Positions 17,412 to 26,072 of a stretch of DNA of 41,372 nt are shown one piece after another. A program made the translations under genes and the position numbers. Numbering within the stretch: position 1 is the stretch's first letter; every line of letters begins with the position of its first letter. The notes under the pieces are model-generated. The model searched no databases and was not told the DNA's origin. It was given only the letters and a program-made list of their open reading frames with translations. This stretch comes from a virus (Duplodnaviria; Heunggongvirae; Uroviricota; Caudoviricetes), in IMG/VR virus record IMGVR_UViG_2778261576_000004, positions 1-41,372 of that record; one strand, 5' to 3'.

Positions 17412-19082
17412 ATGGCGGAAACAACTAAAGAGCGATTGAACAAACAGTTCGCACAACTTGAAAGCGAGCGTCAGTCGTTCGAGCCGCACTGGCGCGAGTT
17501 GAGTGATTACATCAACCCGCGTGGTTCCCGCTTTCTGACTTCTGAGGTCAACCGTAACGATCGACGCAATACACGCATTATTGATTCGACCGGGACTATG
17601 GCGGCGCGCACTCTCGCCAGCGGCATGATGTCAGGCATCACAAGCCCCGCGCGTCCGTGGTTTCGCCTGGCTACGCCAGATCCTGAAATGATGGATTATG
17701 GCCCTGTTAAGTTGTGGCTTGAGGCGGTGCAGAACCGCATGAACGATATGTTCAATAAGTCGAATCTCTATCAGTCGCTGCCGCAGTTATACGGAAGCCT
17801 CGGCACATACAGCACTGGTGCAATGGCAGTGCTGGAGGATGACGAGGACATCATTCGCACAATGCCATTCCCGATAGGCAGTTACTACCTGGCTAACTCA
17901 CCTCGTGGCAGTGTGGACACTTGTTTTCGCAAGTTCTCTATGACTGTTCGTCAGCTTGTTCAGGAGTTCGGGCTAAATAACGTCAGCGAATCCGTAAAAA
18001 GCATGTGGGAAAGCGGCACCTACGAGAAGTGGATTGAAGTGATGCATTCGGTTTACCCGAACATTGACCGCGATACATCGAAGCTGGATAGCAAGAACAA
18101 GCCATTCAAATCAGTTTATTACGAGGTTGGTGGCGATAACGACAAGTTGTTGCGTGAGTCCGGATTCGATGAGTTTCCAATTATGGCTCCGCGCTGGGAA
18201 GTTAACGGCGAAGATGTTTATGGATCATCATGCCCGGGTATGCTGGCGCTTGGACCTGTTAAGGCATTGCAGCTTCTCCAGAAGCGCAAGTCGCAGTTGA
18301 TTGATAAAGCCACCAATCCGCCGATGGTTGCTCCGACTTCCCTCAAGAATCAGCGCGCCTCCCTTCTTCCTGGCGACATCACGTATATCGATCAGATTAC
18401 TGGTCAGGATGGTTTCAGGCCTGCTTATCTGGTTAACCCCAGTACAGCAGATCTGGTGGCAGACATTCAGGACACTCGCCAAATCATTAACAGCGCCTAC
18501 TTTGTCGATCTGTTCATGATGTTGCAGAACATCAATACCCGCTCGATGCCTGTTGAAGCGGTGATCGAAATGAAAGAAGAAAAACTTCTGATGTTGGGGC
18601 CGGTTCTGGAGCGTCTGAACGACGAATGTCTTAATCCTCTCATTGACCGCGCTTTCTCGATGATGGTGCGTAAAAACATGCTGCCGCCACCGCCTGACGC
18701 GATGGAAGGTATGCCCCTGAAGGTCGAATACATTTCCGTCATGGCTCAGGCGCAGAAGTCTATCGGCCTGTCCAGTCTGGCATCCACGGTCAACTTCATT
18801 GGTCAACTTGCGCAAGCGAAACCAGAAGCTCTCGACAAACTCAACGTTGATCAGGCGATCGATGCATTCGCTGATATGTCCGGAGTGTCTCCAACCGTCA
18901 TTGTTCCGCAGGAACAGGTTGAGCAGGCTCGCCAGCAACGGGCACAGCAGCAACAGCAGCAACAAATGATGGCGATGGGGATGGCGGCGGCACAGGGTGC
19001 CAAGACGCTAAGCGAAGCTAAAACTTCGGATCCGAGTGTTTTGTCAGCTATGGCGAATGCAGTTAGTGGTCAGGGTGGGTAA
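17412..19082 (+). CDS. Portal (head-to-tail connector) protein, T7 gp8-like
   Basis: 556 aa; Gln/Ala/Met-rich C-terminus (QQQQQQQMMAMGMAAAQGA) and overall layout resemble the T7-type connector as recalled. Confidence 0.8.
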   Translation: MAETTKERLNKQFAQLESERQSFEPHWRELSDYINPRGSRFLTSEVNRNDRRNTRIIDSTGTMAARTLASGMMSGITSPARPWFRLATPDPEMMDYGPVKLWLEAVQNRMNDMFNKSNLYQSLPQLYGSLGTYSTGAMAVLEDDEDIIRTMPFPIGSYYLANSPRGSVDTCFRKFSMTVRQLVQEFGLNNVSESVKSMWESGTYEKWIEVMHSVYPNIDRDTSKLDSKNKPFKSVYYEVGGDNDKLLRESGFDEFPIMAPRWEVNGEDVYGSSCPGMLALGPVKALQLLQKRKSQLIDKATNPPMVAPTSLKNQRASLLPGDITYIDQITGQDGFRPAYLVNPSTADLVADIQDTRQIINSAYFVDLFMMLQNINTRSMPVEAVIEMKEEKLLMLGPVLERLNDECLNPLIDRAFSMMVRKNMLPPPPDAMEGMPLKVEYISVMAQAQKSIGLSSLASTVNFIGQLAQAKPEALDKLNVDQAIDAFADMSGVSPTVIVPQEQVEQARQQRAQQQQQQQMMAMGMAAAQGAKTLSEAKTSDPSVLSAMANAVSGQGG

Positions 19083-19087
19083 TCACA

Positions 19088-19384
19088 ATGACAGATTACG
19101 AAGACGATCAACTGAAAGAAGAAAACGCCAGTAAGCAACGTGACATGGCACAGCGTGAAATTGATGACATTCGCTTTGTCATGAGCAGTGAACAGGGGCG
19201 TCGCGTTGTCTGGTCTGTGCTGGAGAAAGGCCGGGTGTTTTCCGCTATCTCACCGATGGATGCTATGGCAATGGCATTTAATGAGGGGCAACGCAATCTG
19301 GCGCTGGAACTGTTTCAGCGCGTTATGGCGCATTGCCCTGAACAGTATTTGAAGATGGCCAAAGAGGCCAGTGAACAGGAGTGA
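19088..19384 (+). CDS. Hypothetical protein
   Basis: 98-aa ORF between the portal and scaffold genes. Confidence 0.4.
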   Translation: MTDYEDDQLKEENASKQRDMAQREIDDIRFVMSSEQGRRVVWSVLEKGRVFSAISPMDAMAMAFNEGQRNLALELFQRVMAHCPEQYLKMAKEASEQE

Positions 19385-19386
19385 TC

Positions 19387-20082
19387 ATGAATTTATTTGA
19401 GCGTTTGCTGTATCGCCGTCTTTGCAATGAGCAACCAGTCGATGGTGGAGCAGCTCCGGCTGCGTCAGAACCGTCAGCGCCTGCAGGTGATAACCCTGCT
19501 CCAGTTGGTGATCCATCACAACCGGAAGGTGATAAGCCACAACCTGTTGCTGATGGCGATAAACCTGCTGATGACAAAAAGCCTGAAAACGATAAGCAGG
19601 ATGAAAAAAAGGACGGCGATAAACCAGAGGGTGCGCCTGAGAAGTACGAGTTTCAGGCTGCCGAAGGCGTAGAGCTGGATACAGAAGCGTTGAAGGAATT
19701 CGAGCCGGTGGCGCGAGAACTAAACCTGACCAACGAGCAAGCGCAAAAGCTGGTTGATGCTTATCCGAAGATTCTGGCAGGTGTTCAGCAGCGCCAGGCA
19801 GAAGCCTGGCAGAAAACAACCGAGCAGTGGGCTGCGGATGTAAAAGCTGACAAAGAAATCGGTGGCGACAAGTTGATTTCTAACCTTAGCGCCGCACAGC
19901 GTGCGCTTGACCAGTTCGGGACACCTGAACTCAAAGAATATCTGAACACCACCGGGCTGGGTAATCACCCTGATCTGGTCAAAACGTTCGTGAAAATTGG
20001 AAAGGCGATGTCTGAAGATGGCATGGTCACCGGTGGTAATGAAGGCCAGCGTAGTGCGGCCGAAGTGCTCTATGGCAAATAA
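19387..20082 (+). CDS. Putative scaffolding protein
   Basis: Position between portal and capsid genes; acidic, Pro/Lys-rich low-complexity N-terminal half and helical C-terminal half; ATG 19387 with AGGAG SD. Confidence 0.55.
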   Translation: MNLFERLLYRRLCNEQPVDGGAAPAASEPSAPAGDNPAPVGDPSQPEGDKPQPVADGDKPADDKKPENDKQDEKKDGDKPEGAPEKYEFQAAEGVELDTEALKEFEPVARELNLTNEQAQKLVDAYPKILAGVQQRQAEAWQKTTEQWAADVKADKEIGGDKLISNLSAAQRALDQFGTPELKEYLNTTGLGNHPDLVKTFVKIGKAMSEDGMVTGGNEGQRSAAEVLYGK

Positions 20083-20090
20083 GAGAGGAA

Positions 20091-21083
20091 ATGACAATGG
20101 CTGTTAAAGGCTTAACTGCGCTAACGCTGGCTGACTGGGGTAAGCGCGTCGATCCAAACGGGAAAGTCGATAAGATTATCGAGCTTCTCGGTCAAACTAA
20201 CCCGATCCTTCAGGATATGCCTTTTGTCGAAGGGAACCTTCCTACCGGACACCGAACCACCATTCGTTCTGGTTTACCTTCAGCTACCTGGCGTTTGCTG
20301 AACTATGGCGTACAGCCAAGCAAATCAACCACAGTGCAGGTAACCGATTCCGTTGGCATGCTGGAAACCTATGCTGAAGTCGATAAGTCACTGGCTGATC
20401 TGAACGGCAATACCGCCGAATTCCGCCTGTCTGAAGACCGCGCATTTATTGAAGCGATGAATCAGCAGATGGCGCAGACGCTGTTTTATGGTGATTCCAG
20501 CGTTAACCCTCAGCAGTTTATGGGACTGTCCTCCCGCTATTCCAGCCTGTCTGCAGGTAATGCTCAGAACATCATTGATGCTGGTGGCACGGGCACAGAT
20601 AACACCTCAATCTGGTTAGTGGTGTGGGGCGAAAACACCGTGCATGGCATCTTCCCGAAAGGGCAGAAGGCTGGCATTCAGATGGAAGATAAAGGCCAGG
20701 TGACACTGGAAGATGCTAATGGCGGCAAGTACGAAGGCTACCGTACCCATTACAAATGGGACAACGGACTTGCTCTGCGTGACTGGCGTTATGTTGTTCG
20801 CATTGCAAACATCGATGTCAGCAATCTTTCAGAACCTTCCTCTGCCGCAAATATTGCGAAGTTGATGGTTAAAGCACTGCATCGCATTCCAAACCGTGGC
20901 ATGGGTCGCCCGGTGTTCTACATGAACCGCACTGTAGGCCAGGCTCTTGATCTGCAGTCTCTGGAGAAAACATCTCTGGCGATTAGCGTAAAAGAGACTG
21001 AAGGCGAGTGGTGGACGTCATTCCGTGGTGTACCAATCCGTGAAACTGATGCGCTTCTGGAAACAGAAGCCCGCGTGGTGTAA
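20091..21083 (+). CDS. Major capsid protein
   Basis: 330-aa ORF after the scaffold gene and followed by a hairpin; start may be ATG 20097 (better SD spacing). Confidence 0.7.
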   Translation: MTMAVKGLTALTLADWGKRVDPNGKVDKIIELLGQTNPILQDMPFVEGNLPTGHRTTIRSGLPSATWRLLNYGVQPSKSTTVQVTDSVGMLETYAEVDKSLADLNGNTAEFRLSEDRAFIEAMNQQMAQTLFYGDSSVNPQQFMGLSSRYSSLSAGNAQNIIDAGGTGTDNTSIWLVVWGENTVHGIFPKGQKAGIQMEDKGQVTLEDANGGKYEGYRTHYKWDNGLALRDWRYVVRIANIDVSNLSEPSSAANIAKLMVKALHRIPNRGMGRPVFYMNRTVGQALDLQSLEKTSLAISVKETEGEWWTSFRGVPIRETDALLETEARVV

Positions 21084-21134
21084 CGCCTGTTATTAACCTG
21101 TGGGTCGTAACAGACCCACTAATGGAGAAAGAAG

Positions 21135-21572
21135 ATGATCACCGACAAACTGTTGATGTTCTCCGAAGCACAGGCGGTAACTGATACCGCGGCTTCTACT
21201 GACGTAATCGATCTCGGTCCAATTGATGGAAACCGTCGCGATATCGGTGTGGGTTACCCGCTTGAGTTTTGGGGGCTGGTTAACGAAGCCGCCACGGCAA
21301 GTGGTGAGGCAACTGTAAACATCCAGTTGCAGACGAGTGAGAATAACAGCTCATGGACCACTATTTATGATAGTGGCGCACTGGCAAAGGCCACCCTGAC
21401 AGCAGGTAAGCGAGTTGTTTCTGCAAAGGTGCCAGCCGGTGTTCAGCGATATCTGCGTGTTAACTACTCCGTCGCAACTGGCCCACTAACGGCTGGCAAA
21501 TTCACTGCGGGTATCAATCTTGATGTTGATGCCAATACGCCGTATCCGATCCGCTCAAAAGTAACTGGTTAA
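21135..21572 (+). CDS. Hypothetical virion protein (possible capsid-associated)
   Basis: 145-aa ORF directly after the capsid gene; no confident domain. Confidence 0.4.
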   Translation: MITDKLLMFSEAQAVTDTAASTDVIDLGPIDGNRRDIGVGYPLEFWGLVNEAATASGEATVNIQLQTSENNSSWTTIYDSGALAKATLTAGKRVVSAKVPAGVQRYLRVNYSVATGPLTAGKFTAGINLDVDANTPYPIRSKVTG

Positions 21573-21582
21573 GGTGATATCG

Positions 21583-21918
21583 ATGTCAGGTGAGAAACCA
21601 AGATACCGCGTTCTGCGCCTCTCTCATATCCATAACACACTGTGGCCGGAGGGGGCAGAAATCGAATACGAAGGTGAGCCTGGTAGCGCACTGGAACCTG
21701 TTAACGATGCAGCCAGACAGGCAAAAGCAAAGGTAGCAGGAAAGGTGTCTATGGCAGCAACCAGCACCAAAATCATCAACGATGTGTCAGATGATGGTGA
21801 ACTGGATAAGCTCCGTGAAGAGTACGAATTGCTCTTTAACGAGAAGCCACACCATAACGCCAAAGCCGAAACGCTCCGCGAGAAGATCGCAGATAAGCGT
21901 AAAGAACTGGGCGTGTAA
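21583..21918 (+). CDS. Hypothetical protein
   Basis: ATG 21583 with AAGGTGA SD; followed by a terminator. Confidence 0.35.
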   Translation: MSGEKPRYRVLRLSHIHNTLWPEGAEIEYEGEPGSALEPVNDAARQAKAKVAGKVSMAATSTKIINDVSDDGELDKLREEYELLFNEKPHHNAKAETLREKIADKRKELGV

Positions 21919-21934
21919 GCCTCGCGAATCAGAC

Positions 21935-21956
21935 AAGGGGCTTCGGCCCCTTTATT
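21935..21956 (+). terminator. Rho-independent terminator
   Basis: GGGGC-TTCG-GCCCC hairpin followed by TTTATT. Confidence 0.6.
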
Positions 21957-21974
21957 GCAGGAGTATAGAAACTT

Positions 21975-22580
21975 ATGGCCTCTGTAGTAGAGATCTGCAA
22001 TCGTGCGCTGTCCAATATTGGCAACAGCCGCAGCATTAACAGCCTGACGGAAGCCAGCAAGGAAGCGGGGGAATGTTCGCTGCACTTTGAGGCCTGCCGT
22101 GATGCTGTGCTTTCTGATTTTGACTGGAACTTTGCTACCAAACGCGTGGCGCTTGCAGATACGAGCAATCCACCGCCTGACTGGGAATATGCGTATCAGT
22201 ACCCGTCCGATTGTCTGCGCATTACTGAAATTATGCTTCCTGGTGTACGCAATCCAACAGCAGCAATGCGCGTTCAGTACGAAGTAGGTGTAGACACCAA
22301 CGGAACAGGAAAGTTGATCTACACAGACCAGCCTCAGGCATGGCTCAAGTATGTCTCTCGCGTTACAGATGTGAACATGTTTGATGCCATTTTTATGGAG
22401 GCGTTGGCCTGGCGTCTTGCGGCAGCTATTAACATGGCGCTGACTGGGAATGCAGACCTCGGTACGTTTGCCCTCAATATGTACAATCGCGTGATTCTTA
22501 GTGCTGGCTCGCATAGCCAGAATGAATCACAGGAACCACAGCCACCGGTTGACGAGTTTACCATTGCGAGGTTGTCCTGA
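21975..22580 (+). CDS. Tail tubular protein A-like (T7 gp11-like)
   Basis: 201 aa, size and position matching gp11 immediately before a gp12-like gene. Confidence 0.55.
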   Translation: MASVVEICNRALSNIGNSRSINSLTEASKEAGECSLHFEACRDAVLSDFDWNFATKRVALADTSNPPPDWEYAYQYPSDCLRITEIMLPGVRNPTAAMRVQYEVGVDTNGTGKLIYTDQPQAWLKYVSRVTDVNMFDAIFMEALAWRLAAAINMALTGNADLGTFALNMYNRVILSAGSHSQNESQEPQPPVDEFTIARLS

Positions 22581-25033
22581 TGGCTATCAGTTGGATCCAG
22601 CCCAGCTTTGCCGGTGGTGAGATTGGACCGTCGTTGTACGGTCGTATCGACATGGCGAAGTACCAGGTGGCATTGCGCAAGTGCGATAACTTTATCGTGC
22701 GGCAGTATGGCGGCGTTGAGAATCGACCTGGTACGCGTTTTGTCGGTGCCGCCAAATACCCAAATCGGAAATGCCGCCTGATCCCGTTCCAGTTCTCGAC
22801 GGTTCAGACTTATGCTCTGGAGTTCGGACACCAGTACATGCGCGTTATCAAAGATGGTGCGTTGGTGCTGAACAGCAGCAATGTTATTTATGAAATTGCC
22901 ACGCCATATACTGAAGCCGATCTGTTCAGAATTAAATTCACGCAAAGCGCAGACGTGCTTACGCTGGTTCATCCGGCATACCCGCCGAAAGAGTTGCGCC
23001 GCTATGCGCATGACAACTGGCAACTGGTTGATGTGGTAACGAAGAACGGGCCATTTGAAGATATCAATATTGACGAGTCAGTGACGGTTTATGCCAGCGC
23101 CAGCACCGGGACAATTACGTTAACGGCAAGCGCCTCTATTTTTGGCGCGGAGCAGGTAGGCAAATTGTTCTATCTGGAACAGCCAGCAGTGGATTCAGTA
23201 CCGGTATGGGAAACCAGTAAGAGTACGTCGATTGGCGATATTCGCCGTGCAGACAGTAACTACTATCGCGCCGTTACAGCAGGCAAAACAGGCACTTTGC
23301 GCCCTTCGCATACAGAAGGCACATCATGGGATGGCTGGGGAGGCTCCGGTGATGATGATACTGGCATTGAGTGGGAGTATCTGCACAGTGGTTTTGGCAT
23401 TGCCCGTATAACTGCTGTAAATGGCACTACTGCAACTGCTGAGGTGATTTCCTATATCCCTTCGCAGGTCGTTGGCGAGGATAATGCCAGCTATAAATGG
23501 GCTAAATATGCCTGGAACAGTGTTAATGGTTATCCTGGCACTGTTGTTTATTATCAACAGCGTCTTTACTTCGCCGCATCGACTGCGTTCCCTCAGACTA
23601 TCTGGGCCAGCCGTACTGGGGATTATAAGGATTTTGGCAAAAGCAATCCTACGCAGGATGACGATAGAATTATCTACACCTATGCCGGGCGTCAGGTTAA
23701 TGAGATCCGCCACCTGATTGATGTTGGTTCGCTGGTGGCGCTGACTTCCGGAGGTGAGTACGTCATCACCGGCGACCAGAACAAAGTGTTAACCCCATCA
23801 TCATTTGCATTCAGCTCTCAGGGATCAAATGGCTCAAGCAACGTCCCACCAATTGCCGTGGCGAATATTGCTCTGTTCGTCCAGGAGAAAGGCAGTGTTG
23901 TCCGTGATCTGGCCTATTCATTCGATGTTGACGGCTATCAGGGGAACGACCTTACTATCCTTGCCAATCATCTTTTTCAGAAGCACAGCATTGTTGACTG
24001 GTGCTTCTCTATTGTCCCTTACTCCAGCGCCTTCTGCATTCGTGATGACGGTAAATTACTGGTGATGACCTATCTGCGTGATCAACAGGTTTTTGCATGG
24101 GCACCACAGTCCAGTACCGGAAAATATGAAAGCACATGCAGTATCAGCGAAGGCAATGAAGATGCGGTGTATTTCGTCGTTAACCGAACCGTTAACGGGC
24201 AAACAGTGAGATACATCGAGCGACTGTCCAGCCGTTTATTTACCAGCGATGAAGATGCTTTCTTTGTTGATTCTGGCCTTAGCTATGATGGAAGAAATAC
24301 GTCTGACAGAACGATGACCATCACTGGTGGTTCTGGTGAATGGGATTACCGCGCGGAATATACAATCAGTGTTTCTGGTGGTGCGTACTTCACCAGTAGT
24401 GATGTCGGTGCGCAACTACAGTTCCCTTATACCGGCGATGAAGTGTCAAAAGAATTACGTTGCGACATTATTTCTGTAACCAGCAATACCGCAGTAGTGG
24501 TTCGTGCTAACAGGAACGTCCCGCCATCCCTCAGGAATGTGGCTACCACAAACTGGCAGATGGCGCGCCGGACATTTGGCGGCTTGTCTCATCTTGAAGG
24601 CCAGACCGTAAACATCCTCTCTGATGCGAACGTGGAACCACAAAAAGTGGTTTCCGGAGGTGCCGTCACGCTGGAATCACCGGGGGCTGTTGTGCACATC
24701 GGCCTGCCAATAACTGCTGAATTCGAAACACTGGATATCAACATTAACGGACAGGAAACGCTGCTGGACAAAAAACAGGTGATCCCGTCCGTTACTCTGG
24801 TTGTGAATGCCAGTCGCGGCATCTGGGCGACTACGCCCGGCGGTAAATGGTACGAATATCCACAGCGTGAATTCGAGTTCTACGATGATCCTGTTGATGA
24901 CGCTACCGGAAAAGTAGAAGTGAAACTGGACAGTAACTGGGGCAAAAACGGACGTGTAAAAATCCGTCAGCTTGACCCGTTGCCGCTGTCTGTTCTTGCC
25001 GTTATTCCTCGCCTTACTGTTGGGGGATTCTGA
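22580..25033 (+). CDS. Tail tubular protein B-like (T7 gp12-like)
   Basis: 817 aa; position and size as gp12; N-terminus MAISWIQPSFAGGEIGPSLYGRID resembles the gp12 N-terminus as recalled. Confidence 0.7.
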   Translation: MAISWIQPSFAGGEIGPSLYGRIDMAKYQVALRKCDNFIVRQYGGVENRPGTRFVGAAKYPNRKCRLIPFQFSTVQTYALEFGHQYMRVIKDGALVLNSSNVIYEIATPYTEADLFRIKFTQSADVLTLVHPAYPPKELRRYAHDNWQLVDVVTKNGPFEDINIDESVTVYASASTGTITLTASASIFGAEQVGKLFYLEQPAVDSVPVWETSKSTSIGDIRRADSNYYRAVTAGKTGTLRPSHTEGTSWDGWGGSGDDDTGIEWEYLHSGFGIARITAVNGTTATAEVISYIPSQVVGEDNASYKWAKYAWNSVNGYPGTVVYYQQRLYFAASTAFPQTIWASRTGDYKDFGKSNPTQDDDRIIYTYAGRQVNEIRHLIDVGSLVALTSGGEYVITGDQNKVLTPSSFAFSSQGSNGSSNVPPIAVANIALFVQEKGSVVRDLAYSFDVDGYQGNDLTILANHLFQKHSIVDWCFSIVPYSSAFCIRDDGKLLVMTYLRDQQVFAWAPQSSTGKYESTCSISEGNEDAVYFVVNRTVNGQTVRYIERLSSRLFTSDEDAFFVDSGLSYDGRNTSDRTMTITGGSGEWDYRAEYTISVSGGAYFTSSDVGAQLQFPYTGDEVSKELRCDIISVTSNTAVVVRANRNVPPSLRNVATTNWQMARRTFGGLSHLEGQTVNILSDANVEPQKVVSGGAVTLESPGAVVHIGLPITAEFETLDININGQETLLDKKQVIPSVTLVVNASRGIWATTPGGKWYEYPQREFEFYDDPVDDATGKVEVKLDSNWGKNGRVKIRQLDPLPLSVLAVIPRLTVGGF

Positions 25034-25497
25034 TGATCGACGTTCAAATTATTCCCGCTACCGAAGAGCATCTTCAGATGATTTTGCCGGATGTTCGTCA
25101 GGCTGATATTGACGAACTGTATGCGGTATCGCTGATGACTACCGAAGATGCGCTGCGTGTTGGTCTGCGTACTGCGACTATGGCCTGGTCAGGATTTGCG
25201 AACGGAGAACTGGTAACCATGTTTGGCGTATCTCCGGCGTCAATGATCGGTGGCAATGGTACGCCCTGGCTGGTCGGAACCAGCCGTATCGAAAAATATC
25301 AGAAGACATTTCTTCGCCACTGCCGCCCTGTATTGCAGCAGATGCTGGCAGTTTATCCGCGCCTGGAAAACTATGTCGACGAGCGAAACCATGTTGCCAA
25401 AGCATGGCTGCACTGGCTTGGATTCAGGCTTGAAGAAGCCGCGCCTTATGGTGCTCTTGGTCTTAATTTCCACAGATTTCACATGGAGAGAAAATAA
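25033..25497 (+). CDS. Putative internal virion protein (gp13 position)
   Basis: 154-aa ORF coupled to the flanking genes; assignment by synteny only. Confidence 0.4.
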   Translation: MIDVQIIPATEEHLQMILPDVRQADIDELYAVSLMTTEDALRVGLRTATMAWSGFANGELVTMFGVSPASMIGGNGTPWLVGTSRIEKYQKTFLRHCRPVLQQMLAVYPRLENYVDERNHVAKAWLHWLGFRLEEAAPYGALGLNFHRFHMERK

Positions 25498-26072
25498 TGT
25501 GCGATCCGGTTATTGCTGGTGGCGCAATGCTCGCCATGAGTGGCATTCAGGCATACACCCAGTACCAACAGGGAAAGTATGCCTCGAAGGTTGCAGAAGC
25601 GAACGCAGATATAGCCACAGCTCAGGCAAATGATGCAATAAACAGGGGTAACGCTGAAGCTGAGCAACGGCGCAGAGAGACCCGACAGCGGCTTGGTACA
25701 CAGGCGGCGACAATGGGGGCTACCGGCGCTGATTTATCTACCGGTAACGCGCTGGATATATTTGGTGACACTGCTCAGTTTGGCGCTCTTGATTCGCTGA
25801 CGACGGTGAATAACGCGCAACGCGAGGCTTACGGTTATCAGGTTCAGGCTGCCAACTATAAAGCAGAAGCCAGTTCAGCCCGTAAACAGGGGAATGTGGG
25901 AGCAGCAACAACATTGCTCACTGCGCCTCTGAAGGCATACGGTGCGTACCAGATGTTTGGTGGGACGTGGAGTCCGTTCTCTAAAGGAAGTACATCTGGT
26001 GGTGGGACGCCAATGTTATCTAACTCAGGTTTTATGAATTCTGACTCCCGATTCAAAATAGGAGGTTACTGA
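25497..26072 (+). CDS. Putative internal virion protein B-like (gp14 position)
   Basis: 191 aa, Ala/Gly/Gln-rich; synteny and size. Confidence 0.45.
   Translation: MCDPVIAGGAMLAMSGIQAYTQYQQGKYASKVAEANADIATAQANDAINRGNAEAEQRRRETRQRLGTQAATMGATGADLSTGNALDIFGDTAQFGALDSLTTVNNAQREAYGYQVQAANYKAEASSARKQGNVGAATTLLTAPLKAYGAYQMFGGTWSPFSKGSTSGGGTPMLSNSGFMNSDSRFKIGGY

Noticed and set aside
18228-18965. 245-aa minus-strand ORF inside the portal gene
   Set aside because: Lies entirely antisense within a well-supported long gene, has no ribosome-binding site and a low-complexity Arg/His/Leu-rich translation; typical shadow ORF.
18940-18975. CAG/CAA trinucleotide run in the portal gene as a repeat element
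   Set aside because: It encodes a short poly-Gln stretch in the portal C-terminus and is in frame; not an independent repeat feature.
21624-22514. 296-aa minus-strand ORF spanning the terminator and tail tubular A gene
   Set aside because: Antisense to two supported genes and crosses an intrinsic terminator; Ser/Arg/Cys-rich translation typical of an antisense frame.
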